Shown here in pieces: positions 56,195 to 64,000 of a stretch of DNA of 64,000 nt. The position numbers were made by a program, and so were the translations under genes. The DNA is taken from the sequence record NC_028950.1. One strand, given 5' to 3'. Position 1 is the first letter of the stretch; each line of letters opens with the position of its first letter. The notes beneath the pieces were generated by a model. That model was not told the origin of the DNA. It was given only the letters and a program-made list of their open reading frames with translations, and ran no database searches.

Positions 56195-57076
56195 ATGGAC
56201 CACATTTTCCAGTCGAACATTTACTCGGATCGGGATCCGGATCAGAACATGGTCCAGATGAACTCGTTGTTTCTCAACCTGATCTCGACCTCCGCCACCG
56301 CAGATTGCCAGTCGATGCCGCTCAAGCAGTTCTTCGGCGACTTCTACACGAAGGCACGCTTCTCGGTGGAGAACACGTTCGACAAGTTCCTCTCCTCGGC
56401 TCCGATCGAGCTGCGTCCCGCGAAGATCTTCGAACGCTTCGTGGACACGCGCCCGTATGCGGACATCATGCAATACCGCGCTGAGATCCCCGAAGGTCTC
56501 ATCGTCACGTACCTCGATTACCTGAAAGTTCTCATGCCTGCTCAGGAGTCGGCCAACAACATCGTGAAGGACGTCATCGACCCGTTCACGAGTTTCGTCT
56601 CGAAGATGATCTCGGACGAAATCTTCCGCAATCAGGCTGGCCATCAGATCAAGGAGTTCGCTAAACTTGAACCTGAATATGTCCACGTCAACAAGGAATT
56701 CGCGAAATGCTTCGGCAAGAACGATTTCCGCGCTTCGGCTTCGTTCGGCGAAGTGGTCAAACGCAACGGCGACTGGCATTCGGTCTTCGCTGAAACGGAA
56801 AAGCTGCGCAAGGCATATCAGGCTTTCCCGGCACAGGAACTTACGAAGAAGCTGAACCGTCTGTACGAGATGCTCGACGAACTCGTCGATCAGATCAAAC
56901 TCGACCATTACGCTCAGGTGGAAAAGGAAGTCACGCAGCTGCTGGGTAACGGCATGTACTTCGTGGCGAAGATGGTGGAGCTCGCGGCTCTGACCACGTT
57001 CCGTTCGCGTACGTTCATCGAGTCGATCAACACGACGATCAAGAACGTCGAGGCTCTGCCGAACGTGAAGGGTTAA
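56195..57076 (+). CDS. Conserved hypothetical protein, possibly virion-associated
   Basis: 293-aa helical protein with strong codon bias, divergent from the recombinase gene. Confidence 0.7.
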   Translation: MDHIFQSNIYSDRDPDQNMVQMNSLFLNLISTSATADCQSMPLKQFFGDFYTKARFSVENTFDKFLSSAPIELRPAKIFERFVDTRPYADIMQYRAEIPEGLIVTYLDYLKVLMPAQESANNIVKDVIDPFTSFVSKMISDEIFRNQAGHQIKEFAKLEPEYVHVNKEFAKCFGKNDFRASASFGEVVKRNGDWHSVFAETEKLRKAYQAFPAQELTKKLNRLYEMLDELVDQIKLDHYAQVEKEVTQLLGNGMYFVAKMVELAALTTFRSRTFIESINTTIKNVEALPNVKG

Positions 57077-57108
57077 GAAGTCAAGAAGCAAAAAAAAATG
57101 ATACTTAT

Positions 57109-57138
57109 CTACTCCTGGGGCCTAGGCCCCAGGAGTAG
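57109..57138. terminator. Perfect 30-bp palindrome at a convergent junction
   Basis: ctactcctggggcc-ta-ggccccaggagtag. Confidence 0.7.
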
Positions 57139-57152
57139 TTTGTCTCTATGTT

Positions 57153-57611
57153 TTAATCAGCGGCAAGTTCCAGCGGCCGGTTGTGCGTGAAATCGGACAA
57201 TAGCCGTTCACGACGAATCTGCGCCTTTGCTGTCTTTACCTTAGAGAGATACCGACGATCACCCGGATTGTACATGGCGATTGCTCGGTCCATGGTCTTA
57301 TAACGATCCAGGTTGCGGGAGAGAAGCGTTGCCCCGAAGCTCACGTTCGTGCATGATTTATACAGGTCTTTCGCGAATACTTTCTTTTTCCTTAGTTCGG
57401 GAAGATGGATGGAATTGATTTGCATGAGACCGTAACTGGTCGAACCATTACGATCGTGGTGGACGGCCCTCGGGTTACCGCCGCTTTCGACCTTAACAAT
57501 GGCACGTACGTCCATTTCGTTAAGACCGTTCTGTTTTGCGATGTCGGAGATGCAGTCTGCAAACGCAAAGTTGCAGAGGCTAAAGAGTAGCGCGAGTAAG
57601 AATAAACGCAT
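57153..57611 (-). CDS. Sec-exported lytic transglycosylase (SLT, GH23; IagB/EtgA/VirB1-like)
   Basis: Signal peptide 'MRLFLLALLFSLCNFAFA|D'; 'AIVKVES', 'YGLMQIN', 'TNVSFGA', 'AIAMYN'; TAAGGA RBS. Confidence 0.88.
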   Translation of the reverse strand: MRLFLLALLFSLCNFAFADCISDIAKQNGLNEMDVRAIVKVESGGNPRAVHHDRNGSTSYGLMQINSIHLPELRKKKVFAKDLYKSCTNVSFGATLLSRNLDRYKTMDRAIAMYNPGDRRYLSKVKTAKAQIRRERLLSDFTHNRPLELAAD

Positions 57612-57705
57612 TATTTTCCTTATTAAACTACTGGTTGTAAAAAAGCGAGTCACAAACACACTCTACGCCCTTGTGAGGCGTAGAGTGGTTTATGGTGTTC
57701 TTCGA

Positions 57706-58143
57706 TCAATGGGAAAACAAATGATCACGAGCTTCGAGGAGCTGACGAACTTCGATGACCACACGGAAGATCTCATCATAGACCAACCAGCACGGCATCA
57801 TCACAACGATTTGTCGCGCAATTCGCGTCAGGTCGTGATCCGATTTTTGATGAAGGAAGACTGGACAGACGAGATCTTCGACGGGACGTTTCCCCCAGAT
57901 CTTGTCTGTGCAGGCGAGCGGCAACTCCATGGCGTGAGGATCGACCTTCACCAGTTTGAATTCCTCCTGAATGCGAAGGAGAGTTGCTCGATCTAGTTCT
58001 TTCATCCCTGCTATCTTGCCTGACAGGGAAGAAATGAACATGAGTCGTTTCATGCGCGACGGTAAGAGGTGGAACAAAACCCGCAAGGTGCGGGTCTGGA
58101 ATCTCTTATTCGACAGTTTCATAGCTGAATAACCTGCGAACAA
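57706..58143 (-). CDS. Hypothetical protein (start uncertain)
   Basis: ORF filling the gap between RNase H and the hairpin at 57660-57686. Confidence 0.55.
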   Translation of the reverse strand: MFAGYSAMKLSNKRFQTRTLRVLFHLLPSRMKRLMFISSLSGKIAGMKELDRATLLRIQEEFKLVKVDPHAMELPLACTDKIWGKRPVEDLVCPVFLHQKSDHDLTRIARQIVVMMPCWLVYDEIFRVVIEVRQLLEARDHLFSH

Positions 58144-58159
58144 TAAAGTTAGTCATCCC

Positions 58160-59749
58160 CTACGCGGCTTTCTTCAACTTCGATTGCTTCGCCTTGTTCA
58201 GGCGTACATTCGAGTAGTAACCGCAATAGGCACCGGCGTCATCACCTGCTTCGATGACGGTGAAATAACGGAACACACCAGGAGACTCTTCCCAAGTCAG
58301 AAGCGTAACCTTTGGATTAGTCTCTTCGATCCTCTTAAGACCATTACGGTCAGCCATGTCGATTCCGAATGTGAGGATCGTGGGAAGCGTGATCTCCACG
58401 CCATTGGAGTCCCGGTAGAGGGCATCTACCTCGATCGAAGCTACTCCCGGCTTGATCGATGCCTTCAGTTTCGTTACAGGAATATCCTTGTTCTTCTTCT
58501 TCGTAATCGACGTCTCATATAAATGAGGCGTCAGATCCGTCACCGCATAGCGTTTGGACGTTTCGTCTTGCGACAACCACTCATCCAAACGGCTGGCCAG
58601 AGTGTTCACGGCCATCACGGCTTCCAAGGCTTTCTTCGGTGGATCGACTACTTCCGTGACTACCTGTTTGTCTACGGAGGAAAGATTGTTGTTGTAAGAG
58701 TTGGGTTGGTACAGGGCCCAGGTCCCGTACTCGGTGAACATCTTGTACACGTTCGACTTGAAGAACGCGCCCAGATGTCCGATCACCATCTCGTTCTTAT
58801 AGCCACCGAGCTTGCAGTGGTGGGCAATAAGGGTCTCCAACGATTCGATCGGTTCTTTGGTTTGGATGACTGAGTAGGAGGTATCGCTCAGTCGCTTGCC
58901 GAACAGGCCAAGATCCTTGTCGATGGCGCCCATGAAGTAACGTCCCTTCTCGGTCCCCGTCATCTCTCCATTGAAGAAGAGCTTCTGATGGCAGATCAGC
59001 GGATGCTTGTCCACTTCTGCGGCTTTCCAGTAACCTTGAGCAGGTTCCTTGTGGAAAGCATCGTCGGTCAGGCCGGCCAGGGTCATGTTCTTGCCCAGGT
59101 TAGCATTGACATCTGCCAGTTGGTTGCCCAGGAAGATGGAGTGACCCGGTATCCAATCGCACTTGATATCGTAGTCCTTCATCTCGTTCTTGAGCTTCCA
59201 GAGGTATTGCCAGAGACCCTTGTTCTTGATCTCATTACCATCTCGACGACGCCAGTTGTTCTTCGCCCAGAGGGGAAGGACTTTGGTGAAGCCATCGAGG
59301 GTATACTCGCTATCCAGCCAAAGGCGGATTGTGCGAATGTTTTCACGCTGACAGAATTCCAGCGCCTTGATGAGGGCGGTGATTTCTGCGATGTTGTTGG
59401 AAGACTTGCCCTTCTCCGGATCAATCGGCGAAGGACCGAAACCGTCGACGTAGAACACCGGCGTAACTTCCAGCGATTCCATGTGGCGATCGAGGATGGA
59501 CATCGTGCCTTCTTTCAGCTTCGATTCATCCAGATTCGCGTAGGGATCTTCGTTTTTGCGGAAGGCGTCGAGCATTGCTTTGTCGACGTAACCTTCGTTG
59601 GTCAAATAGAAGTCAGCGTTACCGCTACCCTTCTTGGGTGCTTCGTTCGAATAGGCGTAACCATGAATACCCCAGCCGCCTTCGCCGGGGTTAGGCACGC
59701 ACGATCCGTCCGTATGCAGAATGATTGCATCGATTTTAAGGTCGCTCAT
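58160..59749 (-). CDS. rnhA: Ribonuclease HI with a long C-terminal extension (phiKZ gp155-like)
   Basis: 'LHTDGSCVPNPGEGGWG', 'SNNIAEITAL', 'LWLDSEY', 'KNKGLWQ', 'WIPGHS...GNQLADVNA'. Confidence 0.9.
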   Translation of the reverse strand: MSDLKIDAIILHTDGSCVPNPGEGGWGIHGYAYSNEAPKKGSGNADFYLTNEGYVDKAMLDAFRKNEDPYANLDESKLKEGTMSILDRHMESLEVTPVFYVDGFGPSPIDPEKGKSSNNIAEITALIKALEFCQRENIRTIRLWLDSEYTLDGFTKVLPLWAKNNWRRRDGNEIKNKGLWQYLWKLKNEMKDYDIKCDWIPGHSIFLGNQLADVNANLGKNMTLAGLTDDAFHKEPAQGYWKAAEVDKHPLICHQKLFFNGEMTGTEKGRYFMGAIDKDLGLFGKRLSDTSYSVIQTKEPIESLETLIAHHCKLGGYKNEMVIGHLGAFFKSNVYKMFTEYGTWALYQPNSYNNNLSSVDKQVVTEVVDPPKKALEAVMAVNTLASRLDEWLSQDETSKRYAVTDLTPHLYETSITKKKNKDIPVTKLKASIKPGVASIEVDALYRDSNGVEITLPTILTFGIDMADRNGLKRIEETNPKVTLLTWEESPGVFRYFTVIEAGDDAGAYCGYYSNVRLNKAKQSKLKKAA

Positions 59750-59801
59750 GTTTTATCTCTACGTTGGCATTAGACACTGTATCAGAGTCTAGCCTAAGTT
59801 T

Positions 59802-60137
59802 TTATCGACATTGTTCCACTCGCTGACGAGTCTTCGTGATCACGTACAGGAGTTGGTCGATGTATTTGTTTTGCCGATCCATGTAATCCTGAAGATAGGC
59901 GTCCATGGCTCCGTTCTTGATATCGTCATCGGTGAAGCTTTGAAACTTCTTCCGATCGAATTGAGGTCGGCGTGTGAATCGAGGCATGTTCTCCTGATCA
60001 CACATGTCAACCATCATTCTATTCTGTTTGGTAATATATTCCTGATTTTTGTCTATCTGTGGAGGATCAGGCTTTTTCGGTTCGCTCGTGCATGCAGCCA
60101 GGAACACGAAGAGAACCCCCGTCGTAAATTTCTTCAT
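59802..60137 (-). CDS. Lipoprotein, candidate o-spanin
   Basis: Lipobox 'FLAA|C', Pro-rich start 'EPKKPDPP', additional Cys residues; 111 aa. Confidence 0.65.
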   Translation of the reverse strand: MKKFTTGVLFVFLAACTSEPKKPDPPQIDKNQEYITKQNRMMVDMCDQENMPRFTRRPQFDRKKFQSFTDDDIKNGAMDAYLQDYMDRQNKYIDQLLYVITKTRQRVEQCR

Positions 60138-60196
60138 CTCTTCAATCCGGCAAAATGACCCCGGAAACGGAGCTCTGGTTAGGAGCCCCGTTTTCC

Positions 60197-60694
60197 CTAG
60201 TCGTCGTACTTATCAAAGAAATCCTGGTAAGACTTCTTTCGTCTAGCGGCTACTGTCTGAGAGGCGACCTGGTCCTGGTCTGACTGCCCCTCTGCGAGCG
60301 CTTTGCGGTGATGCTCTGCCTTCGTTTTAAAAGCTGCCACTACGCTGTGTTCGGGTGGTTCTGGAATTCGTCCAGGGATTTCCGCGGGATTCACGCACGT
60401 GGCAGGGTTCAAAGTCGGCCGTGCGGCCAACTTGTCTTCTAACTCTTTGATTCTCAATTCCATCCGGTGAACGTTAGCTGCTTCAACGGACTTCTCTAGC
60501 TTGATGTGTTCCTGCGACAACTGGTAGAATTTGGGAATGATCAGGAAGAGCGAAAAGATCAATCCCGAGACAAAGAAAAGCAGGAACACTTTTTTTCTTT
60601 GAGTCCTCATCCCCTCTTTCAGGGTGATCCCACCTAGAACCAGTTCTTTTAAGAACGGCCAGATGAGCCTGAAGATGTAAAAAGCTGATGACAT
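60197..60694 (-). CDS. Inner-membrane coiled-coil protein, candidate i-spanin
   Basis: TM 'VFLLFFVSGLIFSLFLII' then a coiled coil 'QEHIKLEK...RIKELEDKL' and a Pro-rich linker; directly upstream of the lipoprotein. Confidence 0.55.
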   Translation of the reverse strand: MSSAFYIFRLIWPFLKELVLGGITLKEGMRTQRKKVFLLFFVSGLIFSLFLIIPKFYQLSQEHIKLEKSVEAANVHRMELRIKELEDKLAARPTLNPATCVNPAEIPGRIPEPPEHSVVAAFKTKAEHHRKALAEGQSDQDQVASQTVAARRKKSYQDFFDKYDD

Positions 60695-60803
60695 GCCGAG
60701 GACCTCTTATCCATTTTATGACGGTTCCGTGTTCCTCATGTATTTTACCACTTTTGGTGGAAAAATTCTAACAATTTTTTTGAACTGCTGTATAAGGTGA
60801 GCC

Positions 60804-62105
60804 ATGAATACCATCAAAGGCTTTGCGCTCAATCGCAACTTCGTCAATAACGCGCCTGGCGTTGTTGCCGATATCGGCGAGTTGTCACAGCTGGGTTATA
60901 CCTTCGCCAAGGAACCCAGGGTGTATTCCTCGCAGACATATCCCACATTATCACTGGTCCACATGCCGACAAACGGTAGTGGCGTGGGTTACTCTGCAGC
61001 GATTCCGGACGATCAAGTCGCCCATATCCTCGCAGTAATCAACAACATTTACACGAAGTCGCTCAGCAATACGAATCCGATTGCTCCGGGTGAATTCGTG
61101 ACCTACCTCCAGAATCAGATGGGCGCTGCTGTAGCGAACATCTCGGTCGGAGCTCAGGTGATTTCGGGTAACCGCTCCATCGTCGAATGGATCCAGTGGA
61201 ACAACCCCGCAGTCGACAACACCAACATCAACAAGGTGTGGTTCGTCAACTCGTCCTTCGTCGGCCAGTTCGACGAATACGACTTCACAGTCATTCCGCC
61301 TTTCACTCCGGTCAGCCAGTTCTTCGGTCAGCCAGCAGACGTGAAGGCACTGCTCGCTTCGCGCAACTACAACCAGCAAACGCAGGCTATCGAAGATGCG
61401 CGTGGTGGTTCGAACGAAACGTTCCTCTGGGGTAACGAGTACAACTACGTGAACCCGGTGAACGCCAATGACAAGACGCCTGCGAAGTTTGCAGTGCTCG
61501 GTTACGGCGAAGCTGCGAACAACATCGATCTGATCAAACAGGCGATCGTCGACTACCTGCTTACCAACTCCACGCAAACGCGCGATCAGTGGAAGGCAAT
61601 TCTGCCTGACCTTTTTTTGCGTACGGAGGTGATGGTGTTCCCCCAGTGGGGATCGATGGCAATTGAAAACGTGGTAGGTGGCAATAACGGCATCTACTCA
61701 CCGATTCAAATGCTGTCGGCGGTACTCGCCCAGATCCAGGCAGACGCGACGGGTTACGATCCGGCATACGTTTCGGCGAATGCGCAGATCTTCACGTTCC
61801 CGTATATGTCGATTGCGGTCGGCTCTATCGGCAACGCAGAAAACCGTGACGGCAAGACGAAGCTCTCGGACTGGTTCCCGGATTACTTCTTCACGCCCAA
61901 CACATCGGCGGACTTCAACCGCATGTCTCTCGACACGCAGGGCTGGTTCCAGATGATGATGGCGATGCTGCCGATTGCCCGTGACATGACTTCGGGCTCC
62001 ACGGTTCCCAACGGTTACACGCGAGTGGTTCGTGGCACGAAGATGTATCTCGCTAAGAGCTACGACGACGTGCAGTTCCTCGTGCAAGCACAGGCGGCTC
62101 CGTAA
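60804..62105 (+). CDS. Virion structural protein (conserved phiKZ-like)
   Basis: 433 aa; 'NNAPGVVADIGELS' N-terminus recalls a Chimalliviridae family; AAGGTGA RBS. Confidence 0.7.
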   Translation: MNTIKGFALNRNFVNNAPGVVADIGELSQLGYTFAKEPRVYSSQTYPTLSLVHMPTNGSGVGYSAAIPDDQVAHILAVINNIYTKSLSNTNPIAPGEFVTYLQNQMGAAVANISVGAQVISGNRSIVEWIQWNNPAVDNTNINKVWFVNSSFVGQFDEYDFTVIPPFTPVSQFFGQPADVKALLASRNYNQQTQAIEDARGGSNETFLWGNEYNYVNPVNANDKTPAKFAVLGYGEAANNIDLIKQAIVDYLLTNSTQTRDQWKAILPDLFLRTEVMVFPQWGSMAIENVVGGNNGIYSPIQMLSAVLAQIQADATGYDPAYVSANAQIFTFPYMSIAVGSIGNAENRDGKTKLSDWFPDYFFTPNTSADFNRMSLDTQGWFQMMMAMLPIARDMTSGSTVPNGYTRVVRGTKMYLAKSYDDVQFLVQAQAAP

Positions 62106-62737
62106 TGGCAAGCGAACTCCTCCCAGGAATTGGGGCTTCAGGGGATTGGACCCTCAAGCCTCCTTTCGATTCCAAGTACACTGCCGGTCTTGCTTATAGC
62201 TGTCGAGCGATCAACAAGATCAGCGCCATGGTGGCGACGGGTATCGATGTCCTGAACACCCTCTTCATCCCTGCTGGTCTGACGGCCGCTGATTACGATG
62301 CGGCAGTTGCAGCTGACCTCTCGATGGTCACGTTGCAGTCCACGGCCGGTCAGCTGATCATTCTGCCTTCGACGTATCTGGCAGGATGGCCGAGCGGTGA
62401 CTCCGTACCTTACGTTGTAATGGGCATGGTGATCAATCTCGGTCCGATTCCGAACACGATTGACCCGACCTTCCTCACGGCAAAGGTTGAACCGGTCATC
62501 AAGAACGCTTTGGGGCTGGATCCGGAGATCCACTACGTTACGTTGTCGGAAACGACCAACAAGACGTGGAGTGATCACACGGCTCAGGAGAATATCCGAA
62601 CTGCCGCAATCAACGACGACAATTCGGATTACATCAAACGTTTGAATGCTGAAGCTGCATTGACGGCTGCACAAGCCCAGATCGCAGCACTCCAGCAAGT
62701 CATCATCGATGCTGGTCTGACCATACCGAGCGCATAA
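62105..62737 (+). CDS. Conserved hypothetical protein, possibly structural
   Basis: 210 aa, translationally coupled (TAATG) to the upstream gene; C-terminal coiled coil. Confidence 0.7.
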   Translation: MASELLPGIGASGDWTLKPPFDSKYTAGLAYSCRAINKISAMVATGIDVLNTLFIPAGLTAADYDAAVAADLSMVTLQSTAGQLIILPSTYLAGWPSGDSVPYVVMGMVINLGPIPNTIDPTFLTAKVEPVIKNALGLDPEIHYVTLSETTNKTWSDHTAQENIRTAAINDDNSDYIKRLNAEAALTAAQAQIAALQQVIIDAGLTIPSA

Positions 62738-62743
62738 ACGAAA

Positions 62744-62779
62744 CATAATCCACTCTCCCTCACGGGAGAGTGGATTATG
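62744..62779. terminator. Perfect 16-bp bidirectional hairpin with CATA/TATG ends
   Basis: cataatccactctccc-tcac-gggagagtggattatg. Confidence 0.75.
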
Positions 62780-62785
62780 ACCCAT

Positions 62786-63472
62786 TTAGCTCGGATACGC
62801 ACCGCGAGCGGGCGTGAAGGTGTTCCAGTACTGCCAGCCTTGCCACATGCGCAAACGGTCCATATATCCGTTCATGGTAGTGTTCGCCATATTGCTTGAG
62901 TTACCGATCAGCATCGAGCCTGTATTATTCCCCCAAGTCCCTGACCAAGTAACTTCAGTATCTGGCACTCCGTTGCGCAAATAACGCAACGTGTTACCTT
63001 TCCTTGTAAAGCAATGGTGGATCCAATTGACAGGCGTAGTGATGAGGTTAGTGGACTTAAGCACAACTGATCCAGTATCATCCATAAAGCACGGATATCC
63101 TGCATTCGATCCAATATTTCCGACACCAGTCCCGGACGGACCTGATTTACTTAAAGCAGTTTGCCAGCCAGTAGTACCCTGACCACCAGCCAACCAATAT
63201 TCGATGGTAAAATCTCCGGTAAATTGGAGGTTTCCAGCGGTCTGTGCGTAAACGTAAGCAGTGCCGTTTGCGCCTAGATAAAAAGACTGTGATCCGTTAA
63301 TGAAAGTTGTAGATGAAAGAGTGCCTCCGTAATTTCCTGTTGTTCTCGACGTAGTCTGGAGGTCTTTTGGCGGATAGGTTTCGAAGTCCATGGCCAGCAC
63401 GAGTACGCCAGTAGGCGTATCGCTGGTCTGGGAAAACCCCGTCTTCTTTTTCATGAGCATCGCAGATAACAT
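62786..63472 (-). CDS. LamG-like (concanavalin A-like lectin/glucanase) domain protein
   Basis: 'GDFTIEYW', 'WIHHCFTRKGNTLRYLRNG', 'LIG...MNGYMDRLRMW'; leader MLSAMLMKKK. Confidence 0.85.
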   Translation of the reverse strand: MLSAMLMKKKTGFSQTSDTPTGVLVLAMDFETYPPKDLQTTSRTTGNYGGTLSSTTFINGSQSFYLGANGTAYVYAQTAGNLQFTGDFTIEYWLAGGQGTTGWQTALSKSGPSGTGVGNIGSNAGYPCFMDDTGSVVLKSTNLITTPVNWIHHCFTRKGNTLRYLRNGVPDTEVTWSGTWGNNTGSMLIGNSSNMANTTMNGYMDRLRMWQGWQYWNTFTPARGAYPS

Positions 63473-63554
63473 TTATTTTCTCGGAAGGTTAAATGCATAG
63501 GATCCGAAATGATCTTGTGATTTTAGGATAGAGACGATTAAGTAAGGATAGATT

Positions 63555-64000
63555 ATGCAAGCATTGGCGAAAATATCCGGCGCCTGGAAAAACGTCAAGC
63601 AAATTTTCATTAACCAGGCTGGTTCCTGGAAACAAGTCAAGCAAGGTTGGATAAAAGTAGACGGAGTCTGGAAGCAGTTCTACTCCGCTTTCACTCCAGT
63701 CCAAGCTACTGGTAGTATTGCAACTTACCAGAAAAGCCAATACAACAACAGCGTGGAAAATGGTCTGACTCTTCTTCAGCCAGCAGGCACTTTGTTTAGT
63801 GGATTTGCTTTATCGTATCTGGTCATGGGTATCACTTACGATTCCACGAGCAAAACGAAGATCATCAACTATGCATTCGGTTTGTATTTTGATACTTCTG
63901 GTCCACAGCCTACTGGAATCGGAAATATCAAGGTAACAAATTTGACCACAGGGATTGCTATGACTCTTTCACCAGAGCCTACTGCTTCTCCCTGGTTGTG
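63555..64000 (+). CDS. Tail-fibre/adhesin-like protein with a Trp-rich N-terminal repeat (truncated by window end)
   Basis: Translated by hand, open to 64000: MQALAKISGAWKNVKQIFINQAGSWKQVKQGWIKVDGVWKQFY... TAAGGA RBS. Not in the ORF track. Confidence 0.75.
   Translation, partial: MQALAKISGAWKNVKQIFINQAGSWKQVKQGWIKVDGVWKQFYSAFTPVQATGSIATYQKSQYNNSVENGLTLLQPAGTLFSGFALSYLVMGITYDSTSKTKIINYAFGLYFDTSGPQPTGIGNIKVTNLTTGIAMTLSPEPTASPWL

Noticed and set aside
63489-63740. 83-aa minus-strand ORF
   Set aside because: Antisense to the better-supported plus-strand ORF at 63555, which has an RBS and a recognisable repeat.
1-64000. CRISPR array, tRNA genes, reverse transcriptase/DGR, recoded stop codons
   Set aside because: No regularly spaced direct repeats, no cloverleaf with a T-loop in intergenic DNA, and no RT motif. 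Genes are full length under the standard code. This was a by-eye scan only; tRNAscan-SE and a CRISPR finder were not run.

Overview
This window is part of a phiKZ-like, nucleus-forming jumbo phage genome (Chimalliviridae-type gene set and order). The host is probably a Burkholderiaceae bacterium, inferred from a Burkholderia/Ralstonia-style lipoprotein. Core genes present: divergent family-B DNA polymerase subunit, PhuZ tubulin, terminase large subunit, tail sheath and tube, prohead protease, four split virion RNA polymerase subunits, a 2039-aa tape-measure-like tail protein with a GH19 muramidase domain, RecA/UvsX-like recombinase and RNase HI. Accessory content: a family of SPRY/LamG lectin-domain genes sharing an N-terminal M-x4-L-[LM]-(Y)-KK leader, a six-gene divergent paralog array between PhuZ and the polymerase, a membrane-anchored BCS1-like AAA+ ATPase beside several membrane proteins, two GNATs followed by two tiny basic paralogous ORFs missing from the ORF track, a host-type lipoprotein, a Sec-exported transglycosylase and a spanin-like pair. 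Non-coding signals: a 16-bp early-promoter-like motif, many long hairpins often followed by TATG, and an AT-rich region with interlocking palindromes. I saw no tRNA, CRISPR array, intron or intein by eye. All assignments come from motif recognition and synteny recalled from memory; no database search was run.
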